Shown here one piece after another: positions 9,272-18,548 of a DNA stretch of 47,738 nucleotides. The notes under the pieces are model-generated. The model searched no databases and was not told the DNA's origin. It saw only the letters and a list, made by a program, of their open reading frames with translations. The stretch comes from an uncultured Clostridium sp. (GTDB lineage Bacteria > Bacillota > Clostridia > TANB77 > CAG-508). How positions within the stretch are numbered: the stretch's first letter is position 1; the number at the start of each line of letters is the position of its first letter. The stretch spans positions 1 to 47,738 of the forward strand of contig CAMMFK010000001.1 in assembly GCA_946496115.1 (NCBI GenBank), written 5' to 3'. A program made the translations under genes and the position numbers.

Positions 9272-9670
9272 TTAAACTCTTCTTCTTTTTGGTGGTCTAC
9301 AACCATTATGTGGGATTGGTGTTACATCTTTGATTGATGTAATTTCTAATCCTGCTGTTTGTAAAGCTCTTATTGCAGATTCACGTCCTGCCCCTGGGCC
9401 TTTAACAAATACTTCTACTGTTTTTAGTCCATGTTCCATTGCTGCTTTTGCTGCTGTTTCAGCAACTTCTCCAGCTGCAAATGGTGTACTTTTTCTTGAA
9501 CCTTTGAATCCTAGTCCTCCAGCACTTGCCCAAGATATTGTATTACCTTGAACGTCTGAAATTGTAACTATTGTATTATTAAAACTAGAATGAATATGTG
9601 CTTTTCCACTTTCAATGTTTTTGCTTACTCTTCTTCTAGTTGTAACTTTTTTTGCTGACTTTGTAGCCAT
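9272..9670 (-). CDS. rpsK: 30S ribosomal protein S11
   Basis: [15 protein letters not shown]...[13 protein letters not shown]...[13 protein letters not shown]. Confidence 0.97.
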   Translation of the reverse strand: MATKSAKKVTTRRRVSKNIESGKAHIHSSFNNTIVTISDVQGNTISWASAGGLGFKGSRKSTPFAAGEVAETAAKAAMEHGLKTVEVFVKGPGAGRESAIRALQTAGLEITSIKDVTPIPHNGCRPPKRRRV

Positions 9671-9778
9671 TATTTTTCTCCTTTCACAATATTTACTTTA
9701 TTGTTTTATAATACTTGTTTTATTTTAGCTTAATGCTTTTTAATTAATAAGCTAAATTTTGTTCGTCATTTTAGTTTA

Positions 9779-10150
9779 CTATTTTGCTGTTTTGCTCTTG
9801 CTAACCAATTTTCTTGGTCCTTTTCTTGTACGAGCATTTGTTTTTGTTCTTTGTCCTCTAACTGGTAAACCTTTTCTATGTCTTGTTCCTCTGTAGCAAC
9901 CCATTTCAACAAGTTGTTTTATGTTTAAAGCTACTTCTCTTCTTAAATCACCTTCAACAGTGTATCCATCCATAGCTTTTCTTATTGCTTGTTCTTGTTC
10001 TGCTGTTAAGTCTTTAACTCTAGTATCTGGGTTTACTCCAGCTTCTTTTAGTATTTTTTGAGAACTTTTTAAACCTATACCATAAATGTATGTTAGTCCT
10101 ATTTCTACCCTTTTTTCTTTAGGTAAATCAACTCCTGCTAAACGAGCCAT
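9779..10150 (-). CDS. rpsM: 30S ribosomal protein S13
   Basis: [27 protein letters not shown]-terminus, basic C-tail. Confidence 0.97.
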   Translation of the reverse strand: MARLAGVDLPKEKRVEIGLTYIYGIGLKSSQKILKEAGVNPDTRVKDLTAEQEQAIRKAMDGYTVEGDLRREVALNIKQLVEMGCYRGTRHRKGLPVRGQRTKTNARTRKGPRKLVSKSKTAK

Positions 10151-10304
10151 ATTTGCACCTCTTTCTTAAAATTTTGTATTGTTTGTTTATTTTTTGTTCT
10201 AAAGGTGAAATGCATTAAATACTTTGATATAAATATACTTAGAAAGGTTTTTGCACATTTATAGCAACCTATTTAATCTTTAGAAAAAAATAAGCATATA
10301 TATA

Positions 10305-10343
10305 AACACAAATCTAAAATCAGCCGCTTGCTAGATTTGTGTT
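10305..10343 (-). promoter_or_regulatory. perfect 12-bp hairpin between rpmJ and rpsM (processing/attenuation element?)
   Basis: AACACAAATCTA / TAGATTTGTGTT arms around a 15-nt loop containing GCCGCTTG. There is no immediately adjacent U-tract. Confidence 0.4.
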
Positions 10344-10364
10344 AATACCTAAATAAATATAAAA

Positions 10365-10478
10365 TTAACCTTGTCTTTGTTTATGCTTTGGATTTTCGCA
10401 TATAACTCTTATTACACCTTTTCTTTTGATTACTTTGCACTTATCGCACATTTTCTTTACAGATGGTCTTACCTTCAT
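10365..10478 (-). CDS. rpmJ: 50S ribosomal protein L36
   Basis: Not in the ORF track. Hand translation gives [37 protein letters not shown], preceded by AGGAGG. Confidence 0.93.
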   Translation of the reverse strand: MKVRPSVKKMCDKCKVIKRKGVIRVICENPKHKQRQG

Positions 10479-10505
10479 TTTGAACACCTCCTATTTGTTT
10501 CTATA

Positions 10506-10724
10506 CTATTTAGCTCTCCAAGTTATTCTTCCTTTTGTTAAGTCATATGGTGATAATTCTACTTTAACTTTGTCTCCTGGTAATATCTTGATATAGTTCA
10601 TTCTTAATTTACCAGAAATATGAGCTAGAATTTCATGTCCATTTTCTAATTTTACTTTAAATAAAGTGTTAGGTAATGCTTCTGAAACAACACCTTCAAC
10701 TTCAATAACATCTTCTTTAGACAA
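10506..10724 (-). CDS. infA: translation initiation factor IF-1
   Basis: 72-aa S1-like OB fold with the canonical IF-1 sequence. Confidence 0.97.
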   Translation of the reverse strand: MSKEDVIEVEGVVSEALPNTLFKVKLENGHEILAHISGKLRMNYIKILPGDKVKVELSPYDLTKGRITWRAK

Positions 10725-10885
10725 AATTTATTCCCCCTATATTATTTAAAATAAAATGATAAAGATTTTAATAAGTTTAAAATATGTATTTATCAGTCTT
10801 TATGTCATTTTATTCATTTATAAGTTTACATATTGAAAAACTATAAGACAGTTTTCCACAATAGCTATTATATTATATAATATTT

Positions 10886-11656
10886 TTATACTAATGTCAA
10901 GATTTCTGGCTCTTTTTCTGTAATTAAAATTGTATTTTCATAATGTGCGGACAAGCTTTCATCTACTGTCCATATTGACCAGCCATCATCGCCTTCGCAA
11001 ATTTCTGGTGAGCCTGCTACAACCATTGGTTCAATTGCTAGAGTCATGCCAGGTTCAAGTCTTATACCTTTGCCTGCTTTACCGTAGTTTGGAATTCCCG
11101 GGTCTTCGTGCATTTCTCTACCTATGCCATGTCCTTGAAATTCTTTTATAACGTCAAATCCATTTGCTTGTACAAATTCTCCTATTGCATGACTTATGTC
11201 ACCTAATCTATTACCTTTTTTAGCATATTTTATGCCTTCAAAAAAAGCTTGTTTTGTAACCTCTATAAGTCTTTTTGCTTCTTCTGATACTTCTCCTACA
11301 CAATATGTTCTTGCGCAATCACCATTAAATCCATCTTTGTAAGCAACTAAGTCAACACTTATAATATCACCTTCTCTTAATATTGTATGCTTTGATGGTA
11401 TTCCGTGAATAATGTTGTCATTTACTGATGCACAAATAGATGCTGGAAAATCTGGAACTCCTTTCATTCCACTTGGATACCCTTTTTCTGCTGGTATTGC
11501 TCCGTTTTCTTTCATTGTAGTTTCAGCTATTCTATCTAGCTCCCAAGTAGAAACACCTGGCTTTATAGCTCTTTCTATTGCTTTTTGTGCCAAGTTTGCT
11601 ATTCTACAGGCTTCTCTCATCTTTTCTATTTCATTTTTTGATTTAATATATACCAT
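10886..11656 (-). CDS. map: type I methionine aminopeptidase
   Basis: Canonical start MVYIKSKNEIEKMREA (ATG 11656). Metal ligands in the D..D..H..E..E pattern. The track N-extension was rejected. Confidence 0.93.
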   Translation of the reverse strand: MVYIKSKNEIEKMREACRIANLAQKAIERAIKPGVSTWELDRIAETTMKENGAIPAEKGYPSGMKGVPDFPASICASVNDNIIHGIPSKHTILREGDIISVDLVAYKDGFNGDCARTYCVGEVSEEAKRLIEVTKQAFFEGIKYAKKGNRLGDISHAIGEFVQANGFDVIKEFQGHGIGREMHEDPGIPNYGKAGKGIRLEPGMTLAIEPMVVAGSPEICEGDDGWSIWTVDESLSAHYENTILITEKEPEILTLV

Positions 11657-11809
11657 TTTCTTGATCCCTTCTGATTTAAATGTTTTTGGGGGTGTTTTTA
11701 GGGACACATTCCGAGATTTTTAGGGTTCTTTCTAAAACACGTGGTTTAGATGTTTTTTTGAAAGTCTTACCTATTTTTTGAACATGTCCCTAAAAACAAC
11801 CTCAAAGCA

Positions 11810-12469
11810 TTATTTTCTATTATTGATCCTTCTCTCTGCCTCAGCTGTTGTATCTTCTTTTGTTGTTTCTGAATATATATTTATTTTTATTGATTCTAAT
11901 AAATTTTCATTTTTATAATATTCAATTAATGGTTCTGTATTTTGATGATAAACTTCTAATCTTTGTCTAATTGTTTCTGGTTCATCATCTTTTCTTTTTA
12001 TGAGCTCTGACCCACATCTATCACATATACCTTCTACTTTTGGTGGCATAAATACTGTATTGTATGATGCTCCACATTCTTTGTTTGAACAAATTACTCT
12101 ACTTGATGTTCTTACGACTATGTCTTCATCTGGAACGTCTAAGTTAATTACTGCTGTAATCTTTTTGCCCTTTTCAGCTAAATATTTATCTAAAGCTTCT
12201 GCTTGTGGTATAGTTCTTGGAAAACCATCTAGTAAGACATTTTCAAGCTCATCAAGTTTTCCTTCAACCATTGCTATTGTAATTTCATCTGGTACTAACT
12301 TTCCTTGTGACATATATTCTTCTGCCTTTTTTCCTAGTTCTGTTTGTCTTTTCATTTCATCTCTGAATATATCTCCTGTTGCTAAATGAACTAAATTATA
12401 TTTTTTGCAAATTTCATTTCCTATTGTTCCTTTTCCGCTTCCCGGAGCACCTAACATTATAATATACAT
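11810..12469 (-). CDS. adk: adenylate kinase (zinc-lid type)
   Basis: P-loop GAPGSGKGT, lid Cys pairs CSNKEC...CDRCG. Confidence 0.96.
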   Translation of the reverse strand: MYIIMLGAPGSGKGTIGNEICKKYNLVHLATGDIFRDEMKRQTELGKKAEEYMSQGKLVPDEITIAMVEGKLDELENVLLDGFPRTIPQAEALDKYLAEKGKKITAVINLDVPDEDIVVRTSSRVICSNKECGASYNTVFMPPKVEGICDRCGSELIKRKDDEPETIRQRLEVYHQNTEPLIEYYKNENLLESIKINIYSETTKEDTTAEAERRINNRK

Positions 12470-12487
12470 ATTTTTCTTCCTTTCTTT

Positions 12488-12518
12488 TTTTACGAAAAGG
12501 ACCGTTCCTTTCGTAAAA
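12488..12518 (+). repeat. 31-nt TTTTACG-N17-CGTAAAA unit (copy 2) in the adk leader
   Basis: TTTTACGAAAAGGACCGTTCCTTTCGTAAAA, with one mismatch to the 21-nt core. It is self-complementary (13-bp stem with one bulge). Confidence 0.7.
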
Positions 12519-12540
12519 TCTCGTGTTTTTTGCCGTATAT

Positions 12541-12569
12541 ATTTTAGTACATTTTTTTTTGATTGTCAA
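12541..12569 (-). promoter_or_regulatory. adk-map-infA-rpmJ promoter
   Basis: Minus strand TTGACA (12564-12569), 17-nt spacer, TAAAAT (12541-12546). Confidence 0.65.
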
Positions 12570-12570
12570 T

Positions 12571-12604
12571 AAAAAAAAGAACTTTAGGATTTGCCCCAAA
12601 GTTC
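12571..12604 (-). terminator. rho-independent terminator after secY
   Basis: 10-bp stem GAACUUUGGG/CCUAAAGUUC (one G-U) followed by U8 on the minus strand. Confidence 0.8.
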
Positions 12605-12614
12605 AAATTATAGT

Positions 12615-13937
12615 TTATTCTAAGAAACCTTTGTAATGTCTCATTACTAATTGTGATTGTAATTGTTGACTTAGTTCTATTGCAACACCAACAACAATTA
12701 ATATTGATGTTCCGCCAAATGCTGTATTAAATCCTGTGAATCTTGTTAGCATTGGAAGTATTGCTATTGCTGCTAAGAATAATCCACCAAATAATACTAC
12801 TTTTGATAATACTGATGATAAGTAGTCAGCAGTTGGTTTTCCAGCTCTAATTCCTGGAATGAATCCACCATTTTGTTTTATGTTGTTTGCAACTTCTGCT
12901 GGATTAAATGTTGCATAAGTATAGAAATAAGTAAATCCTACAATTAACAATAAGTATATAATAGCATTTATTATTGTATATTGCCATCCAACACTTGATG
13001 ACGATGTTGCTATTGATAGATTGTATATTACTCTCCAGAAACCTGTTTGAGTTTCTATATCACTTACAAATAATTGTATTATCATTGCTGGGAATGTCAT
13101 AAATGATGAAGCAAATATTATTGGCATAACACTTGCCATTGCTGGCTTAATTGGAATATGTGTATTTTGAGCTCCAACCATTCTTCTTCCAACAACTTTT
13201 TTAGAATATTGTACTGGTATTCTTCTTTCTGCTAATTGTACAAATACTACTCCTGTTATAAGTACAAGTACACCTATTAAAATTCCTATAGCAGTTAAAA
13301 GTCCTGTTGTGCTAAACTGTCCATCTACAATTATTCCACTTGCTACTGCAACAACTGCACTTGGTAATGATGATACTATACCTGCAAATATTAGCATTGA
13401 TATACCATTACCAATACCTTTTGATGTGATTTTATCTCCTAACCACATAAGTAGTGATGTTCCAGCCATTAATGAAACTACTACAATTACTCCTGTTAAA
13501 GCACTTTCATCTACGAATATTCCTGAAGATCTGTATGATAGATATATACCTAATCCTTCTATTAAAGCAAGAATTAATGTGATTATTTTTGTATATCTAT
13601 CAATTTTCTTTCTTCCTTCTTCTCCACCCTCTTTAGTTAATCTTTCTAAAGCAGGTATAATCATTCCTAGTAATTGAATTACTATTGATGCTGTAATGTA
13701 TGGTGTTATAGACATTGCAAATATTGATAATCTTGAGAAAGCACCTCCAGATATCATATTTATCATACCTGTAACACTATTTGAATATGCATCCATTGAA
13801 GATTCTAATGTTACTATATCAACGCCTGGTATTGTTATGTAACAACCTAATCTAAAGATTACTAATAACAATAATGTATATAGTATTTTTTTCCTTATTT
13901 CAGGAGTTTTAAGCGCGTTTTTAATTGTCTTAAGCAA
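12615..13937 (-). CDS. secY: preprotein translocase subunit SecY
   Basis: 440 aa, 10-TM pattern, canonical N-terminus ...PEIRKKILYTLLLLVIFRLG, operon position. Confidence 0.97.
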   Translation of the reverse strand: MLKTIKNALKTPEIRKKILYTLLLLVIFRLGCYITIPGVDIVTLESSMDAYSNSVTGMINMISGGAFSRLSIFAMSITPYITASIVIQLLGMIIPALERLTKEGGEEGRKKIDRYTKIITLILALIEGLGIYLSYRSSGIFVDESALTGVIVVVSLMAGTSLLMWLGDKITSKGIGNGISMLIFAGIVSSLPSAVVAVASGIIVDGQFSTTGLLTAIGILIGVLVLITGVVFVQLAERRIPVQYSKKVVGRRMVGAQNTHIPIKPAMASVMPIIFASSFMTFPAMIIQLFVSDIETQTGFWRVIYNLSIATSSSSVGWQYTIINAIIYLLLIVGFTYFYTYATFNPAEVANNIKQNGGFIPGIRAGKPTADYLSSVLSKVVLFGGLFLAAIAILPMLTRFTGFNTAFGGTSILIVVGVAIELSQQLQSQLVMRHYKGFLE

Positions 13938-13938
13938 G

Positions 13939-14373
13939 CTATATCACCTCTGCCTTTCCGCCTAAAGCTTCGATTTGTTCTTTAGCAGATTTAGTGAATC
14001 TTACAGCTTTGACATTTAATTTTTTGTCAAGTTTTCCAGTTGCTATAACAACTATTCCGTCATTCTCTTTGCTTATTATTTTATCATTTATTAAGCTTTC
14101 AGCTGTAACATCTGTTACTGTAGATTTGTTAAGCATTGTTAATGTTACTTCTGTATAATTTTTAGCAAATTTGTTTGTGAATCCTCTCTTTGGTAATCTT
14201 CTATATAATGGTGTTTGACCACCTTCAAATCCACGTCTAACTCCTCCGCCAGATCTTGCTTTTTGACCTTTATGTCCTCTACCAGATGTTTTTCCAAGGC
14301 CTGAACCCATTCCACGTCCGACTCTTGTTTTTGCTGTTTTTGCTTGTGCTGGTTTTAATTCGTCTAATTTCAT
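13939..14373 (-). CDS. rplO: 50S ribosomal protein L15
   Basis: [24 protein letters not shown] motif. Confidence 0.97.
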   Translation of the reverse strand: MKLDELKPAQAKTAKTRVGRGMGSGLGKTSGRGHKGQKARSGGGVRRGFEGGQTPLYRRLPKRGFTNKFAKNYTEVTLTMLNKSTVTDVTAESLINDKIISKENDGIVVIATGKLDKKLNVKAVRFTKSAKEQIEALGGKAEVI

Positions 14374-14476
14374 ATGGATTACACCTCCTTAATTTATTAT
14401 TAAGTTATAAATATTCTTTCATATTATGACTTTGTTTGTCAATACTTAAAAGTGTAGAATTATATAATTGTTTTAA

Positions 14477-14965
14477 TTACATAATGTCTTCTACTTTCTT
14501 TCCTCTTTTTTTAGCTACTTGTTCAATAGTTTGCATGCTCTTTAATCCTTCTATTGTTGCATATACAACATTTCTAGGATTGTTTGTTCCTAGAACTTTA
14601 GTTCTAACATCTCTGTATCCTGCAAGTTCTAGTACTGGTCTTACACTACCTCCAGTAATAAGTCCTGTACCTTCTGTAGCTGGTTTAAGCATTACGCTTG
14701 CACTACCGAATTTTCCTATATATTCATGAGGTACTGTTGTTCCTACTATTGGAACTTCTACTAAATTTTTCTTAGCATCTTCGATTGCTTTTTTGATAGC
14801 ATCTGGAACTTCAGCAGCTTTTCCATTTCCTACACCTACTTTTCCTTTTCCATCTCCAACAACAACTACTGCGCTAAATCTGAAAGTTCTACCACCTTTT
14901 ACAACTTTAGCAACTCTGCTGATGGCTACAACTTTTTCTTTTAATTCAGTTTCGTTTTCTTGCAC
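14477..14965 (-). CDS. rpsE: 30S ribosomal protein S5
   Basis: [24 protein letters not shown] motif. Confidence 0.97.
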   Translation of the reverse strand: MQENETELKEKVVAISRVAKVVKGGRTFRFSAVVVVGDGKGKVGVGNGKAAEVPDAIKKAIEDAKKNLVEVPIVGTTVPHEYIGKFGSASVMLKPATEGTGLITGGSVRPVLELAGYRDVRTKVLGTNNPRNVVYATIEGLKSMQTIEQVAKKRGKKVEDIM

Positions 14966-14983
14966 TTGATTTTCCTCCTTCTC

Positions 14984-15343
14984 TTAAAAATTTAATCCGC
15001 CTTGTCTTGCACTTTCAGCTAATTCTTTTACAACTCCATGATACCTATATCCACTTCTATCAAATACAACGTCAACTATTTTCTTGTCTTTTGCTCTTTT
15101 TGCTATTAGAGCTCCAACTTCTTTAGCTGCTTCTTTATTTGCGTGTTTTGTTTTTACTTCTTTGTCCATTGTTGAAGCACTTACTAAAGTATTTCCATTA
15201 ACGTCATCTATAATTTGAGCATAGATATTTGTATTACTTCTGTACATACAAAGTCTTGGGCATTCAGGTGTTCCACTGATTTTTCTACGAACTCTTATAT
15301 GTCTTCTATCTCTTTCAAATTTTCTATCTGTTTTAGAAATCAT
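14984..15343 (-). CDS. rplR: 50S ribosomal protein L18
   Basis: [12 protein letters not shown]...[17 protein letters not shown]-terminal GLNF. Confidence 0.97.
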   Translation of the reverse strand: MISKTDRKFERDRRHIRVRRKISGTPECPRLCMYRSNTNIYAQIIDDVNGNTLVSASTMDKEVKTKHANKEAAKEVGALIAKRAKDKKIVDVVFDRSGYRYHGVVKELAESARQGGLNF

Positions 15344-15382
15344 TGATTTTCTCCTTTCTTATATTTTTTAAGTTGTTAGATT

Positions 15383-15916
15383 TTATTTTTTACCAGTCTT
15401 ACCTTCCTTACGTCTAATATGTTCTTCCACATATTTGATACCTTTTCCTCTATAAACTTCTGGTGGTCTCTTGCTTCTTACAACAGCAGCTGTTTGACCA
15501 ACTAGTTCTTTGTCTACACCTCTAACAATTATAGAGTTTGCACTTGGTACATCAAATGTAATTCCTTCTGGTGCTACCATCTCTACTGGATGTGAGTAAC
15601 CTAAATTCATTACTAATTTTGTTCCTTGTTTTTGTGCTCTGTAACCTACACCATTGATTTCAAGTGCTCTTGTAAATTCTTTTGTTACACCTTCAATCAT
15701 GTTGCTTATTAATGTTCTTGTTAGTCCGTGTAAGTTTCCATATTCTTCTGATGGAATTTCTACTTTTACTTCTTTGTCTTCTACTTTTACAGTAACGTTG
15801 CTGTTTAAGTCTCTTTCTAATGTTCCTTTTGGTCCTTTTACAGAAATGTGACTTCCATTAACTGTTACTTCAACACCATCAGGTATTGCTATAGGTTTCT
15901 TTCCTATTCTTGACAT
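15383..15916 (-). CDS. rplF: 50S ribosomal protein L6
   Basis: MSRIGKKPIAIPDGVEV N-terminus, 177 aa. Confidence 0.97.
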   Translation of the reverse strand: MSRIGKKPIAIPDGVEVTVNGSHISVKGPKGTLERDLNSNVTVKVEDKEVKVEIPSEEYGNLHGLTRTLISNMIEGVTKEFTRALEINGVGYRAQKQGTKLVMNLGYSHPVEMVAPEGITFDVPSANSIIVRGVDKELVGQTAAVVRSKRPPEVYRGKGIKYVEEHIRRKEGKTGKK

Positions 15917-16365
15917 TTGGATTTTCCTCCTTCTTTTAATTTTTTTGATTTTTTATTTATGAGTGTATATAAAATAATGTTTAGTATTGTCGGTATTATA
16001 TTAAGTATTATCAACGCTAGAATATTGCCTTCTTCTGAAAAGCCTCCTGCCATATTCCTTACTGCCAAATAAAACTTAAACGTGATAACTAGAAGTATTG
16101 CTATTAAAATCATATAGACAAAATATTTAATTTTTGTACTCTTGTCTTTAATCTTTATATTTTTAATAATCGATTTTACTATAATTACTATATTAGTTAA
16201 CACTAAAGCTATTTCTAAGACATATCTTATCCAAACTATAACTGGTATATTTTGATTTGATACATCCGATACTGGTGGTACAGGTAATGAACTTGCCATT
16301 ACTTGACTTGATAGTATGATTGCTATAACTAGTATAAAGCTAATCTTCTTCACTATTTTTTTCAT
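15904..16365 (-). CDS. signal-peptide plus 3-TM membrane protein, paralogue B, embedded in the spc operon
   Basis: MKKIVKKISFILVIAIILSSQVMAS leader, three hydrophobic segments, AGGAG SD. It overlaps the rplF start by 13 nt and resembles the upstream ORF. Confidence 0.7.
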   Translation of the reverse strand: MKKIVKKISFILVIAIILSSQVMASSLPVPPVSDVSNQNIPVIVWIRYVLEIALVLTNIVIIVKSIIKNIKIKDKSTKIKYFVYMILIAILLVITFKFYLAVRNMAGGFSEEGNILALIILNIIPTILNIILYTLINKKSKKLKEGGKSKCQE

Positions 16366-16822
16366 CAGCTATTCTCCTATTTATCTTATCTCTTTTATTT
16401 ATTCGTATTAATAAGATAATATTTAATATTATTGAAACTATCAACATTGTTATTCCTGTTATGATAAAAGGAGTATAGTTAATAGGTTTTACTCCTATTC
16501 CTTCGGCATAACCATTCGTTAGCTGCAAAATACTTACTGATGATAAGCCTAATAACATTATTAAGAATGCTAATATAAAATATTTAATCTTATTATTTAT
16601 TTTCGAAATAATAATTTTAATTACATTAATTATAAAGAATAGTATGCTAATTATAACTGCTCCAATTTCCATCAAATATATAATCATACGTGTATAATCC
16701 ACCACTTCTGGTACTGTCTGTGAAAGATTTGGTATTGGTGGCTGACTTGCTATTACTCCTGTTGACGAAAATAATAATATTATTATCAATACTACACTAA
16801 GTTTTTTTACTAATTTTTTCAT
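16340..16822 (-). CDS. signal-peptide plus 3-TM membrane protein, paralogue A, embedded in the spc operon
   Basis: MKKLVKKLSVVLIIILLFSSTGVIAS leader. It starts 27 nt after the rpsH stop and shares KIKYF and ILNIIL motifs with paralogue B. Confidence 0.7.
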   Translation of the reverse strand: MKKLVKKLSVVLIIILLFSSTGVIASQPPIPNLSQTVPEVVDYTRMIIYLMEIGAVIISILFFIINVIKIIISKINNKIKYFILAFLIMLLGLSSVSILQLTNGYAEGIGVKPINYTPFIITGITMLIVSIILNIILLIRINKRDKINRRIADEKNSEED

Positions 16823-16849
16823 TATTTTATCCCACTTTTAATTTACCTA

Positions 16850-17248
16850 TTACCAAACATAAGCTAAAACTTCTCCACCTAAGCCTTCTTTTCTAGCTTC
16901 TTTATCTGTTTTTATTCCTTTAGATGTTGAAATTAATGCTATACCTAAACCATTTAATACTTGTGGTAATTCATCTTTGTTAACATATATTCTTAAACCT
17001 GGTTTACTAATTCTTTTTAAACCATCTATTACTCTTTTTCCGTTTTCATCGTATTTTAGAGTAATTCTTAACATACCTTGTTTTTCATCTTTTATTTCTT
17101 CAAAAGATGCTATATATCCTTCATCAACTAAGATTTGAGCTATAGCTCTTTTCATATTTGATGCTGGAACGTCAACTTCCTTATGCTTAGCACTATTTGC
17201 ATTTCTTATTCTTGTTAGCATATCTGCTATTGGGTCTGTTGTATTCAA
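16850..17248 (-). CDS. rpsH: 30S ribosomal protein S8 (TTG start)
   Basis: (M)[26 protein letters not shown] upstream of TTG. Confidence 0.96.
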   Translation of the reverse strand: MNTTDPIADMLTRIRNANSAKHKEVDVPASNMKRAIAQILVDEGYIASFEEIKDEKQGMLRITLKYDENGKRVIDGLKRISKPGLRIYVNKDELPQVLNGLGIALISTSKGIKTDKEARKEGLGGEVLAYVW

Positions 17249-17431
17249 TTCTTTTCCCTCCTTTTTTAATTTTTATTAAAATGCTTTTATTTGCTTTATT
17301 GTTTAAACTTATTTAAATTAGTATATTGCAAGGAAAGCAAGTAAAAAATTTTGAAATTATATTATTATATATTGAAAAATTTTTTACGCCGCTTGACGAA
17401 GCAAGATGCTGATTAAAATAAGTTTATGTGA

Positions 17432-17617
17432 TTACCAACTTGCCTTCTTAACACCAGGAATTTCACCCTTATGTGCTAATTCTCTAAAGCATATACGGCA
17501 AATTCCATATTTTCTTATATAAGCATGTGGTCTTCCACAAATTTTGCATCTATTGTATTCTCTTGTCTTATATTTTTGTGGTCTTGCTTGTTTTACTTTT
17601 AAAGATTTTTTAGCCAT
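17432..17617 (-). CDS. rpsZ: 30S ribosomal protein S14, type Z (zinc-binding)
   Basis: 61 aa, CKICGRP...CRIC zinc ribbon, ends KKASW. Confidence 0.97.
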   Translation of the reverse strand: MAKKSLKVKQARPQKYKTREYNRCKICGRPHAYIRKYGICRICFRELAHKGEIPGVKKASW

Positions 17618-17645
17618 TTGCTTTTAATTTCCTCCTTCAATAAAT

Positions 17646-18185
17646 TTATTTCTTGAATGGCATTCCAAGAAGAGTTAATAATTCTTTTGCCTCTTCATCT
17701 GTCTTAGCAGTTGTAACAAATATTATGTCCATGCCTCTAACTTTATCTACTTTATCGTATTCGATTTCTGGGAATATTAATTGTTCTTTAATACCCATTG
17801 AGTAGTTTCCTCTTCCATCAAATGAATCGCTTGATACTCCTCTAAAATCTCTAACTCTAGGAAGTGCTACATTGAATAGTTTGAATGCAAAATCATACAT
17901 TTTTCCTTTTCTTAATGTAACTTTAACTCCTACATTTACACCAGCTCTTAGTTTGAAAGCTGCTATTGATTTTTTAGATTTTGTTATAACTGGTTTTTGA
18001 CCTGTTATTGCCATAATATCTCTTACAGCTCCGTCTAATGATTTAGGGTCTTCTTTTGTATCGCCTAAACCTATATTTAAAACTATTTTTTCTAATCTTG
18101 GAACTTCCATAACTGATTTATAGTTAAATTTTTTCATCATTGCTGGAATAATTTCTTTCTCATATTGTTCTCTTAAAATTTCCAT
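17646..18185 (-). CDS. rplE: 50S ribosomal protein L5
   Basis: Canonical L5 sequence ([14 protein letters not shown]), 179 aa. Confidence 0.97.
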   Translation of the reverse strand: MEILREQYEKEIIPAMMKKFNYKSVMEVPRLEKIVLNIGLGDTKEDPKSLDGAVRDIMAITGQKPVITKSKKSIAAFKLRAGVNVGVKVTLRKGKMYDFAFKLFNVALPRVRDFRGVSSDSFDGRGNYSMGIKEQLIFPEIEYDKVDKVRGMDIIFVTTAKTDEEAKELLTLLGMPFKK

Positions 18186-18212
18186 AAGTCTTAAATAGAC
18201 CTCCTTTCCCTA

Positions 18213-18530
18213 CTATTTAACTTTTTTTAATTCTGCTCCGCAAGATTTGCATACACGTACTTTGCCACTTTCTGTTACTTTGTAACCTACTCTAACTGCT
18301 TTTCCGCATTTTGGGCATACTATTGCAACATTACTTGAATTGATAGGATGTTCTGATGCAATAATTCCACCTTCTTCTCCTGCTTTTCTTGGCTTTGTTG
18401 CTCTTTTTCTTATATTAACGTCTTTTACAACGATTTTATTTTTCTTAGGAATTACTTCAAGTATTTCTCCAGTTTTTCCTTTATCGTTTCCAGATAATAC
18501 TTTTACATTATCTCCTTTTCTTAATTTCAT
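18213..18530 (-). CDS. rplX: 50S ribosomal protein L24 (with CxxC...CxxC ribbon)
   Basis: MKLRKGDNVKVLSGNDKGK KOW motif. The ATG at 18530 follows AGAGGTGA. The track start at 18539 is a GTG. Confidence 0.95.
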   Translation of the reverse strand: MKLRKGDNVKVLSGNDKGKTGEILEVIPKKNKIVVKDVNIRKRATKPRKAGEEGGIIASEHPINSSNVAIVCPKCGKAVRVGYKVTESGKVRVCKSCGAELKKVK

Positions 18531-18548
18531 GTATTTCACCTCTTTCTA

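Noticed and set aside
12414-12599. A 61-aa minus-strand ORF across the secY-adk spacer.
   Set aside because: It spans the terminator, the promoter and the repeat, then runs into the adk start. It has a basic low-complexity translation and no SD.
14374-14476. An internal promoter in the rpsE-rplO spacer (a TTGACA-like word on the minus strand).
   Set aside because: No -10 element lies at an acceptable spacing on either strand.
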